NCBI GenBank assembly: GCA_963825055.1
Contig: CAWGSK010000029.1
Coordinates: forward strand, 1-28,942
Direction of reading: 5' to 3'
Length of the DNA stretch: 28,942 bases
Source: an uncultured Gemmatimonadales bacterium
Lineage (GTDB): Bacteria > Gemmatimonadota > Gemmatimonadetes > Gemmatimonadales > GWC2-71-9
The position numbers and the translations under genes are program-made. The notes under the pieces were generated by a model. That model saw only the letters and a program-made list of their open reading frames with translations, was not told where the DNA came from and searched no databases. Positions 1 through 8,257 of the stretch are shown here, in pieces; the stretch's first letter is position 1; each line of letters begins with the position of its first letter.

Positions 1-95
1 ACGCCCACGGAGTAGACATTTACGGTGACTGGGAAGCCGCCGCGAGGGTCACTCGGACAGGCATCCCGATTTCACCAGTCATTCCGGAGACTCTC

Positions 96-545
96 GTGCG
101 CCGCATCATCTTCTGTGCTGCCCTCCTGGCGGCCGCCAGCGCCTGCAGTTCGGACCCCCTGGAACCGCCGGAAGGGTTTGCGTTCGCCTATGCCGAGCAG
201 GGCTGCACGCCGGTTGACGGGTCCGCGCTCTGGCTGTCCCTGACGGGGACGGCCACCGACGAGCCGCGGTCCGTCCTGCCCCGGGTGGACATCGCCATCT
301 ACCGGCCCATTGACGAGGTGGCCGGCCAGACCTGGGTCTTCGGCGGGGACGGCGACATCGGCTCGGCGTACCGCTGTTATGACGCGAGCAACTGCGTCCC
401 GGGAGTTATTTCCCGTGTTACGATCCGCCGCATCGAAGCGGACAGCACGGTGGTCGGCGAGGCGACTTTGCGCTTCGGGGATGGTACGACGGTCAACGGT
501 GGCTTCCGGGCGGTCTGGCTGCACGAAGTCATTCTCTGCGGGTAG
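96..545 (+). CDS. Hypothetical lipoprotein, Cys-rich (paralog of 2020..2481)
   Basis: GTG start after a GGAGA RBS. Signal peptide ends in the lipobox-like ASAC. Motifs CTPVDG, CxxxxxCVP and terminal FRAVW...LCG are shared with the ORF at 2020. Confidence 0.8.
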   Translation: MRRIIFCAALLAAASACSSDPLEPPEGFAFAYAEQGCTPVDGSALWLSLTGTATDEPRSVLPRVDIAIYRPIDEVAGQTWVFGGDGDIGSAYRCYDASNCVPGVISRVTIRRIEADSTVVGEATLRFGDGTTVNGGFRAVWLHEVILCG

Positions 546-552
546 AGCAAGA

Positions 553-580
553 CGAAGGTCGAAGGTCGAAGGTCGGCAGG
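553..580 (+). repeat. Heptamer tandem array (CGAAGGT)x3 + CGGCAGG
   Basis: Read directly; begins 7 nt after the stop of 96..545. Confidence 0.8.
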
Positions 581-676
581 GGACGCCGGTTCGTTTGACC
601 GATCGGTACACCACTGCCATCATTCCCCCTCATATCCGCTCCCGTGTCAGGCCTCCCCATCCCGTAAGGAGACTCC

Positions 677-2023
677 GTGCGCCTCCTGCCCCTGCTCCTG
701 TTCCTCTCCACCCTTGCGCCTTCCCTTCCCGCCCAGCAGCCAGCCTCCGCAGACTCGACAGTAGTTCTCCGCGCGGCCCGGCTGATCGACGGTACCGGCT
801 CCGCGCCGGTGGCAAACGGCGTGGTTGTGGTGCGCGGGAACCGGATCGTGGCGGTCGGGCCTGCCTCCGGGGTGTCCATTCCCGCCGGCGCCACGACAAT
901 CGACCTGGGCGACGCCACGTTGCTGCCAGGGTTCCTCGACGCCCATGTCCACCTGCTCGGCCGGGAGCTGGGCGAACCGGGGTGGGACAACGCGGCGGTG
1001 CGGGACCTGGCGGGCTTCGAGTCCGCCCTCGGCGTCCAGCACGCCATGCGCACACTGCTCGCGGGCTTCACCAGCGTACGGGTCGTCGGCAGCCGGGACT
1101 TCGGGGACGTCGCGTTGCAGGAAGCGATCGACGGCGGCTACGTCGCCGGCCCGCGTATCCTGCCGGCCGGCTGGGCCCTCGGGATCACGGGTGGCCATTG
1201 CGATGAAAACGGGTTCAAGCCGGGCATCGTGGAAGGCACCGTCCAGACCGGCATTGCCGATGGCCCGGACCAGGTCCGCGCGGCAGTGCGGTATCAGGCC
1301 AAGCATGGCGCGCAGGTGATCAAGACCTGCGCCACCGGCGGTGTGCTGAGCGAGGGTGACGCCGTGGGTGTGCCCCAGTACACGCTGGAGGAGCTGCAGG
1401 CGATGGTCGCGGAAGCAACCAAGCTGGAGCGGAAGGTCGCGGCGCACGCCCACGGTACCGAGGGGATCAAGATCGCCACCCGGGCGGGGGTCGCCTCGAT
1501 CGAGCACGGGTCCTTCCTGGACGAGGAGGGCGCCAAGCTGATGGCGGAACACGGCACGTTTCTCGTCCCGACCCTGAGCGCCGGCGAAACGGTGCTCCGC
1601 CTGGTGGACCAGGGCGTCCTGACCGGGCACCGTGCGGAGAAGGCGACGGCCGCGGGCAACGCGATGAAGAACGCCGTCCACATCGCAAAGCGGGCGGGCG
1701 TCCCGATCGCCCTCGGCACCGATGCGGGCGTGGGAAAGCACGGCACCAATGGCCACGAGTTCACGCTCATGGTGCAGTGGGGCGGACTGACGCCCATGGA
1801 GTCGATCGTGGCGGGAACGGGCAGCGCGGCGCGCCTGTTCGGCTGGGAGGACCGGGTGGGCACCCTCGCACCAGGCAAGCTGGCGGACGTCGTCGCGGTA
1901 CCTGGCGATCCACTCCGCGATGTCACCCGGCTCGAAACACCTGTATTCGTGATGAAGGATGGTGTGGTCTACAAGCGGGACGGGAAGCCGGTGGGTTCTG
2001 CGCTGGTGGAGCCTGATCGATGA
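677..2023 (+). CDS. Secreted metal-dependent amidohydrolase (Xaa-Pro dipeptidase/M38-like)
   Basis: AAGGAGA RBS and signal peptide. Motifs: LLPGFLDAHVH (HxH), IKTCATGG, AAHAHG, SIEHG, LGTDAG, GKLADVVAVPGDP. Confidence 0.92.
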   Translation: MRLLPLLLFLSTLAPSLPAQQPASADSTVVLRAARLIDGTGSAPVANGVVVVRGNRIVAVGPASGVSIPAGATTIDLGDATLLPGFLDAHVHLLGRELGEPGWDNAAVRDLAGFESALGVQHAMRTLLAGFTSVRVVGSRDFGDVALQEAIDGGYVAGPRILPAGWALGITGGHCDENGFKPGIVEGTVQTGIADGPDQVRAAVRYQAKHGAQVIKTCATGGVLSEGDAVGVPQYTLEELQAMVAEATKLERKVAAHAHGTEGIKIATRAGVASIEHGSFLDEEGAKLMAEHGTFLVPTLSAGETVLRLVDQGVLTGHRAEKATAAGNAMKNAVHIAKRAGVPIALGTDAGVGKHGTNGHEFTLMVQWGGLTPMESIVAGTGSAARLFGWEDRVGTLAPGKLADVVAVPGDPLRDVTRLETPVFVMKDGVVYKRDGKPVGSALVEPDR

Positions 2024-2481
2024 GCGCCGTCTCGCGGGAGGCGGTTGCCATTCTGGCCTGCTGTCTGGGCGCCTGCAGTGACCATCCCGCGCCTCCCACC
2101 GGGGACATCGCCGGCTTCCCGGGGGCCCTCGCCCAGCTCGAGTGCGGACCGGCAGATGGTCCGGCAACATCCATCTACCTCTCTCGCGAGGCGTCAGACA
2201 CCCTGGGGAGTGCATACCCGAGGGTGCAGGTGACCGTCTATGCGGCCCCGCAGGGCCTCCCCGGACAGGTCATTACGCTCGACGGAAGCGACAGGGGAAG
2301 CGCCTTCTGGTGTCGCGGAGAGCGTGACTGCGTACCCGCGGACAAGGCGCAGGTCGAGTTCAACGCCCCGATGCCGCACGACACGGTGCGGGGATGGATG
2401 GATCTCACCTTCCCGGGCCTCCCCGCCGTACGGGGGCGGTTTGCGGCCCCGTGGCGGGAGACGAGCATGTTATGCGGGTAG
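2020..2481 (+). CDS. Hypothetical lipoprotein, Cys-rich (paralog of 96..545)
   Basis: ATGA overlap with the amidohydrolase stop. Lipobox LGAC; motifs CGPADG, CRGERDCVP and terminal FAAPW...LCG. Confidence 0.8.
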   Translation: MSAVSREAVAILACCLGACSDHPAPPTGDIAGFPGALAQLECGPADGPATSIYLSREASDTLGSAYPRVQVTVYAAPQGLPGQVITLDGSDRGSAFWCRGERDCVPADKAQVEFNAPMPHDTVRGWMDLTFPGLPAVRGRFAAPWRETSMLCG

Positions 2482-2485
2482 CCTT

Positions 2486-2704
2486 CTAGGTGCGCCGCTT
2501 CCCTGCTCCCGCCACGATCAGCACGATCCCGGCCGCGACCGCCACACCACCCACCCAGGGCGGGATGCTGGCTTTCTCCTGCACAGTGGCGGAGAAGTCG
2601 CCGACCTTGAGCTCACTCCGATTCTTCGTATAGCTGAACCCCCGGACCAGCACGAAGGCGCCAAACCCCGCCAGCAATACCCCAACCAGTATCAGAATCC
2701 GCAT
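2486..2704 (-). CDS. Small two-TM membrane protein (72 aa)
   Basis: Start reassigned to MRILILVGVLL after a GGGAGGA RBS. Two hydrophobic helices flank a short loop; basic C-terminus. Confidence 0.8.
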   Translation of the reverse strand: MRILILVGVLLAGFGAFVLVRGFSYTKNRSELKVGDFSATVQEKASIPPWVGGVAVAAGIVLIVAGAGKRRT

Positions 2705-2735
2705 CGCCCGTTCCTCCCGTTGAATTTGTCCGTCA

Positions 2736-2939
2736 TCACGATCGCGTCTGCGCGGGCCCGTCGCAGGCCCGGCAGTCGAGCAGCATGCCAAGCCGGCCTT
2801 CCCGGCCTTCCATCGTGGTTACCCAGTCACGCACCTGCCACGGCGGGTCGTGCCGCACGTGCTGGGTGTGCCCGCACTCCAGTTCGGCCACCCAGTGGCC
2901 TTCCTCATCACGGTGATACCCGGTGATCCGGCGTTCCAT
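2736..2939 (-). CDS. DUF3565-like small Cys/His protein (67 aa)
   Basis: Pattern ITGYHRDEEGHWVAELECGHTQHVRHDPPW...LDCRAC recognised as the DUF3565 family. Confidence 0.85.
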   Translation of the reverse strand: MERRITGYHRDEEGHWVAELECGHTQHVRHDPPWQVRDWVTTMEGREGRLGMLLDCRACDGPAQTRS

Positions 2940-3053
2940 GCCCGAATGTTCACCCCGCATCGACCCTCGCGCCACCCTGCCGCCGCCTTAGCTGCCTGCA
3001 GTCACGGGCCTTGGTTCCGTGATGCGCTGCCCGTCGGAGCCGTCGCCCCGTTT

Positions 3054-5954
3054 TCAGGGCGGTGCGAGTTCGGCCAGTGCCCGGCGCACCTGGTCCACGG
3101 CGGGTGCGAGCCGGGGTTCAGGATGCGGGCGGAGCGCGAGGTAGCGCCGGTAGGCGCGGATCGCGGCGGTCGTGTCGCCCGTCAGCAGGGCCAGGCGCCC
3201 CTCTTCGCGGAGGAATGTGGAGAGGTAGAGCGGCGCCATCTCGAAGCCCCCCGCTCCCCGGCGCACGGCTGCCAATGCGCGCGGGAGGTCCCCTTCCCGC
3301 TCCCACAGGCGCATCAACTGCAGGTTGGCGTCCGTCACCGCCTCGCCGCAGCACACCTCGAAGATATTTTCGCGAGCGAGGGAATCGGCCTCGGCCAGAA
3401 GGGCCCGTGCATTTCGAGCCTGACGCCCGGATGCGTGCATCGCCTCGAGGAGCGTGGCGCAGAGGTCGGCATACCGGCTGAACGTCGCCGAGTCCTCGGG
3501 GGTCCCGACCGCGGGCCGTGCAGTACGCAGCCGTCGGCCCGCCGCGGCAGCGTACTGGTGATCACCTCGCGCGGCGCGCCAGGTCCCGAGCGCGCAGATG
3601 TCGTAGAGCTGCGGGAGCGCGCCCTCCCCCGGCACCGGGGCCGAATCGGCCAGCGGCGCGACCAGGGCCTCGGCCGCGAGGGCCGCGGTGGTATCGGCGT
3701 CCCACCACATGGCACGACGCAATTGATTGCGGAGCGTCCGGTGCCCCGCGTAGCCCGGCGCGCGACTCACCCGTGGCGCGTCGGCCGGGCGTCCGGCATT
3801 AAGCGCCATGATAGTCAACGCGCCGGTGGTCCAGCCCGGGTCGTGCGCCTTGAGGCGCCTCGCTTCTTCTCGTGCGATCCACTCGAGATCCTCCGTCTCC
3901 ATCCCGCTCCACAGGATGAAGAGATGGATGGTCTTGAGCACCCAGTCGCCCGCCGAGGAGATGTTCTCCCGGTAGGCAAGCCGCGCCGGCGGACTCGTCA
4001 CGACCGCCCGGAACCACATCGCCAGGTGCGCCAGGTCACTCGTGGAGTCGGCACTCAACACCGCGGTCGCCAGCTTGAGGATGCCTGTCGTATCGTGGAC
4101 CAGGAGCGCCAGGGAAAGCATGTGCTGCGTCGGCTCGGGAATCCACGCCCGTCCCGTGGACGGTGCGGTCAGCGAGTCCAGGCGCCACCCCCGTCGGAAG
4201 GCAACGGCGGCGCGCTCGGCGGCGTCCTCCTCTCCCGCGAGTCGGCCCCAATGGAAATGATGGTCGCCGAGCATGTACCACAGTTCGGGACTCTCCGGGA
4301 GCGCGGTGACTGCGGCGTTCCAGTCGGCGAACAACGCGGACGTCCCGCCGCCCGGGGCCGCCATCGCATGGAGCAGCACACGGTCGGCCGGGCTCAAGCG
4401 GTCCTGGCCCGCCAAAGCAATCCGGATTCCGCGCTCCCCCTCCGCGCTTGTCCCTCCCCACATCGTGGCCCTGGCCAATCCGAGTCCGGCCAGGGCGAAG
4501 GTCGAATCGAGCATCGTGGCTTCCCGGAACGACTCCACCGCGCGCGACATGTTGCCGACGCGGAACGCCTCCTGCCCCCGCAGGTACGCCTGAATCGCGG
4601 GGAGGGAGGCACTGGTCAGCGACGCCAACCGCACCTCCTCCACACCCGCGCTCAGCCCGAGGAGTTGTGCTGCAAGCTGATCGAGGAGCGCGGGGAGGCG
4701 ATCCGGAGGACCCTCGACCGACGCCCTGGCGACGCGGCCCGCCCCCGGCAGTCTCAGGAGGCGTGCCGTCAGGGTCACGCGATCGGCGTTCCCCGCGAGG
4801 CTCCCTTCGATGACCCGCCCGGCGCCGAGCCGGGCGGCCACCGCACTGATCGCATCGGGTAAGGCGTCCTCCTGCCCGCCCGCGGAGGTCACCCGTCGCC
4901 ATTCGCTAACGACGCGGGCGGGATCCGCCAGGTCCGGCCCGCCGTCGCGCGCGATGCGAATCGTCAGCAACTCGACGATCCCCTCGTGCAGCCAGGCGAG
5001 TGACGAATCCGCCTCGGTAACCCGGAATGGCATGATCGCGATGCGGTCCGCGGACGCTCCCGGCGCTACCGCCCGATCAGATCGGAAGTAGGCGGCGAAC
5101 GCCAGGGTCAGCACCACTCCCGACGCCACGGCGAGGAGGGTTCGCCTTCCCCCGGGCTCCGAACGTGTGGCCGGAGCGCGATCGCGAGCGGGGTCCCCGG
5201 CGGGACGCGATACCGGCCGGTGTGGAATGGACAGGAGCGGTTCCTGCCGGGTCCGAACGGCGCGCATCGCGTCCTGTGTTTCAGGTGAAAGGTCGACGTC
5301 CAGGTCCCGTGCGACCCGTCGCGAGACCTCCTCGTACAGCGCCGCGGCGCCCGCGCGATCGCCCCGTTCCTCCAGGCGGGTAATCCCCCGGCGGAGGGCG
5401 CTCTCGTCATCCCCACTGAGCAGAACCGCGCGGCGCACGAGCTCGCCGACGTCGGCATCGCGACTGGGGCGCTCTGATGCCATCCAGGCGGCCCTCGCGG
5501 CCAGGGCCCGCAGCCGGGCACGCTCGGCGGCGACCCAGTCCTCGAGTGCCTGGCCAGTCTCGGCCACGAACACGCCCTCGAGGAAGTCACCCCGGAACAG
5601 CGCCAGGGCGTCCCCGGGCCGGCCATCGCGGATGGCGGCCTCGAGCCGGGAGGCGTCCGTCGCGACCACCGCGGGATCGAGCCCGATCTCGTCCTCGCCC
5701 CGGGCGATGATCGCCCCCTCGCCCAGGGCTTTCCTGATGGAGTGAAGGGCCTGCCGGAGTGCCCCGCGCGCGTGCTCCTGGTCCAGTTCAGGCCAGAACA
5801 GGGCCAGCACCGTGTCACGGCGGCGCACGTCGTTCCGGGAGGCCCCGAGGTAGGCCACCAGCGCCAAGCGCTTGGCCTGTAATGGGATGGCGTCGGCAGG
5901 GGCGTCTGCGGATCGCATCAGCTCCAGACGGCCCAGGGTCCGCAGTTCAATCAC
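3054..5954 (-). CDS. SARP/BTAD-domain transcriptional regulator with TM helix and C-terminal TolB-N-like/TPR region
   Basis: Probable GTG start at (V)IELRTLGRL. wHTH/BTAD motifs: LALVAYL, ALFWPE, ARGALRQALHSIRKALG, GDFLEG, WVAAER. TM helix LLAVASGVVLTLAFAAYF, followed by IAIMPF and TPR-like helices. Confidence 0.85.
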   Translation of the reverse strand: MIELRTLGRLELMRSADAPADAIPLQAKRLALVAYLGASRNDVRRRDTVLALFWPELDQEHARGALRQALHSIRKALGEGAIIARGEDEIGLDPAVVATDASRLEAAIRDGRPGDALALFRGDFLEGVFVAETGQALEDWVAAERARLRALAARAAWMASERPSRDADVGELVRRAVLLSGDDESALRRGITRLEERGDRAGAAALYEEVSRRVARDLDVDLSPETQDAMRAVRTRQEPLLSIPHRPVSRPAGDPARDRAPATRSEPGGRRTLLAVASGVVLTLAFAAYFRSDRAVAPGASADRIAIMPFRVTEADSSLAWLHEGIVELLTIRIARDGGPDLADPARVVSEWRRVTSAGGQEDALPDAISAVAARLGAGRVIEGSLAGNADRVTLTARLLRLPGAGRVARASVEGPPDRLPALLDQLAAQLLGLSAGVEEVRLASLTSASLPAIQAYLRGQEAFRVGNMSRAVESFREATMLDSTFALAGLGLARATMWGGTSAEGERGIRIALAGQDRLSPADRVLLHAMAAPGGGTSALFADWNAAVTALPESPELWYMLGDHHFHWGRLAGEEDAAERAAVAFRRGWRLDSLTAPSTGRAWIPEPTQHMLSLALLVHDTTGILKLATAVLSADSTSDLAHLAMWFRAVVTSPPARLAYRENISSAGDWVLKTIHLFILWSGMETEDLEWIAREEARRLKAHDPGWTTGALTIMALNAGRPADAPRVSRAPGYAGHRTLRNQLRRAMWWDADTTAALAAEALVAPLADSAPVPGEGALPQLYDICALGTWRAARGDHQYAAAAGRRLRTARPAVGTPEDSATFSRYADLCATLLEAMHASGRQARNARALLAEADSLARENIFEVCCGEAVTDANLQLMRLWEREGDLPRALAAVRRGAGGFEMAPLYLSTFLREEGRLALLTGDTTAAIRAYRRYLALRPHPEPRLAPAVDQVRRALAELAPP

Positions 5955-6139
5955 TCGAACACCCCTTCCGGCCGAGGACCGCCTGAACGTCCGGCAAGTA
6001 ACGGCGCGATAACGCTGGACGAATGCCCACGCACTAACTCCTCCAATGTACGCCGCATCTGAGGCGTTGCCAGCGGCTCGCGGGTCGGTCGGACCCCTTC
6101 CGGCCGCCCGGAGCCACGATTTTTCACCGGGGGGAATCC

Positions 6140-7357
6140 ATGTCATTCCAGACCAGGGTGCTGGTCGTACTGACCAGCGCCATGCTCGCCGCGGGATGCG
6201 GCGACCAGGCCACGGCACCCACAGGGGCGCCATCCACCAGCGCCGGTGTGACGGCGTCAAGTGTGAAGTTACGGGACACCGGTGCCACCGCCAGCTGGAA
6301 CGAGCTGGCCACCTCCCTGGCGGACCGGACGGCGATCGACCAGGGCAGGCTGTACGCCTACCTGTCGCTGGCCCAGTTCCGGGCAGCCGAGCTGGCCCTC
6401 AACGAGCGGGGAGAACGCCGAGCCTTTCCCGCGTTCAAGAGTAACTACCGCGAGCGCCTGGGCGCCTCGGCGGCGATTGGCGGCGCATCGGTCGTGGTCC
6501 TGAAGGCGTTCTTCCCGAACGACGTCGCCGAGATCGACGCGGCGCTGGCCGCACAGGCCGCCGCAGGTACCGGCAAGAAGGGTGAGGAATTCGCCGAATC
6601 CGTCAGCCTTGGCATGGAGGTGGGCGATGCCGTGCTGGCGTATGCGGCGAGCGACCGGGTCGGCCTTGCGGACCCGGGCACCCCGCCCATCGGGGCCGGC
6701 TACTGGCAGTGGAACGGCGGGCCGATCGTCCGGGCCAATTATCGCGCGCGCCCGTTCTTCCTGGCATCGGACGACGAGTTCCGGCCACCACCGCCCCCGG
6801 AGTTCGGGTCGGCGGCCTATCTTGCCGCACTCGCCGAAGTCCGGCAGATCTCCGACACCCGGACCCCGGAACAACTGGCGAGCGCGACTTACTGGAATCT
6901 CCAGCAGTCGGGACGCCGGAATGCTCCGTTCAACAACAAGGCGGTGGCGCTGATCCGCACCTACCGCATCCCCGATGCCCGTGCTGCCCGGATCATGTTC
7001 CTGATGAATGGCGCCATGTTCGACGCCCAGGTGGGGTGCTTCGACGCGAAGTACGCCTACTGGTTCATCCGGCCGCCGCAGGCCGATCCCCTGATCACGC
7101 TTCCTGTGGGCCTCCCTCCTCACCCCTCCTACCCGTCCGCCCATTCGTGCGTGTCGGGATCGATGAGCGGGGTCCTGATGGCTTTCTTCCCGAAGGCTGC
7201 CGGGGATCTGGAGGCAATGTCACAGGACGCCAGCCTGTCACGGCTCTACGCGGGGATTCACTACCGCTTCGACATGGAAGCCGGCATCGCGCTGGGACGA
7301 AAGGTCGCCGCCAAGGCGCTCGCAGCCGACCTGTCCGGGGTAGCCGTCATGCAGTAG
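6140..7357 (+). CDS. Vanadium-dependent haloperoxidase / PAP2-superfamily lipoprotein
   Basis: Lipobox LAAGC; the three PAP2 motifs KYAYWFIRP, PSYPSAH and SRLYAGIHYRFD. Confidence 0.88.
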   Translation: MSFQTRVLVVLTSAMLAAGCGDQATAPTGAPSTSAGVTASSVKLRDTGATASWNELATSLADRTAIDQGRLYAYLSLAQFRAAELALNERGERRAFPAFKSNYRERLGASAAIGGASVVVLKAFFPNDVAEIDAALAAQAAAGTGKKGEEFAESVSLGMEVGDAVLAYAASDRVGLADPGTPPIGAGYWQWNGGPIVRANYRARPFFLASDDEFRPPPPPEFGSAAYLAALAEVRQISDTRTPEQLASATYWNLQQSGRRNAPFNNKAVALIRTYRIPDARAARIMFLMNGAMFDAQVGCFDAKYAYWFIRPPQADPLITLPVGLPPHPSYPSAHSCVSGSMSGVLMAFFPKAAGDLEAMSQDASLSRLYAGIHYRFDMEAGIALGRKVAAKALAADLSGVAVMQ

Positions 7358-7384
7358 GGAGGGTGGGAAAGGTCGGACTGGCGT

Positions 7385-7406
7385 GGCCCCGGTGCAAACC
7401 GGGGCC
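7385..7406. terminator. Perfect 9-bp hairpin between convergent genes
   Basis: GGCCCCGGT-GCAA-ACCGGGGCC; no U-tract. Confidence 0.55.
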
Positions 7407-7409
7407 TCG

Positions 7410-7820
7410 TCATGTCACGGGGTGGCCACCCTGCCGGCGGGTCCAGACCTCGCGAAAGGTACCAGCAATCCACGCGGCCCCCGCCCCCATCGCGCTCCCG
7501 AACGCCAGCACGAGGAAAAGGAAGAGCACCAGCGGCAGTCCGGTCACCGAACTCGCGATGCCGGCAACCATGGCAACGGGCTCCACGAAGGACCGCACGA
7601 CCAGCCAGCCGGCCCAGCCGGCCGGGACGGCCAAAGCTGCCCCCCGCCACGCGCGCTTCCCTGTTCGCCATCCGTGGACCGCCGCGACCAGCGGAACAAT
7701 CCACCACGCCAGCAGCGCGGTACCCACGGCAACCACGAGTGCCAGGAGGGCGACCGGGCGCCAGCCCCGGGGGCGGGGCGAGACGGCGGGTGGCACCACT
7801 CGGGTCATGGCATGCTCCAT
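7410..7820 (-). CDS. Hypothetical multi-pass membrane protein
   Basis: About four hydrophobic segments. Start is uncertain (7820 or 7808). Confidence 0.6.
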   Translation of the reverse strand: MEHAMTRVVPPAVSPRPRGWRPVALLALVVAVGTALLAWWIVPLVAAVHGWRTGKRAWRGAALAVPAGWAGWLVVRSFVEPVAMVAGIASSVTGLPLVLFLFLVLAFGSAMGAGAAWIAGTFREVWTRRQGGHPVT

Positions 7821-7903
7821 GCCCCTTGAAAGGTCCGAACCGTTGCCGGGCGCCGGGATGGCTCCGTTTACGGGCAATTATTGGGACCTTGGGCCTCTGA
7901 GAG

Positions 7904-8134
7904 GTGGAGAACAGGGTGAAGTCGTTGCTTCTGCGCTGCGCATGGTGTGGCGCGATACTCGAACCGGCACCGCCGGGTGCCGTGGTCTCTCATGGGATCT
8001 GCGTGCCGTGCGCGCAGGTGGCGGGCTTCGTCCGCGCCGGTGAGGGCACGGTCCTGGCCCCGGCCGTCGCGCGGCCGGTCCGGCTGCCCGGGAGTGTCTC
8101 CCCGAGGCAGGGGAGCCGCAAGCCCCAACCATAG
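7904..8134 (+). CDS. Small putative zinc-binding protein (CAWC...SHGICxxC)
   Basis: Two CxxC pairs. GTG start at 7904 or at 7916 (the latter follows GGAGA). Confidence 0.55.
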   Translation: MENRVKSLLLRCAWCGAILEPAPPGAVVSHGICVPCAQVAGFVRAGEGTVLAPAVARPVRLPGSVSPRQGSRKPQP

Positions 8135-8159
8135 CTCCAGCCTGTTGCCCATGACGATG

Positions 8160-8181
8160 CGGCCCGCCAGACGGCGGGCCG
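8160..8181. terminator. Hairpin CGGCCCGCC-AGAC-GGCGGGCCG
   Basis: Perfect 9-bp inverted repeat between convergent ORFs. Confidence 0.45.
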
Positions 8182-8202
8182 TTCTGCATCCAGGTGCGAC
8201 AC

Positions 8203-8238
8203 ACGACGGGCCCCGTCCGGATGGACGGGGCCCGTCGT
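8203..8238. terminator. Perfect 16-bp hairpin downstream of the OmpA-family gene
   Basis: ACGACGGGCCCCGTCC-GGAT-GGACGGGGCCCGTCGT, 19 nt after the stop at 8258. Confidence 0.65.
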
Positions 8239-8257
8239 CTCCATACCAGCCAGACAA

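Noticed and set aside
1..19. Possible minus-strand gene start (MSTPWA...) leaving the window
   Set aside because: Only six codons are visible, so it cannot be supported.
2850..4862. 670-aa plus-strand ORF
   Set aside because: It is antisense to the BTAD regulator, Arg/Gly/Pro-rich and motif-free, so it is a high-GC shadow ORF.
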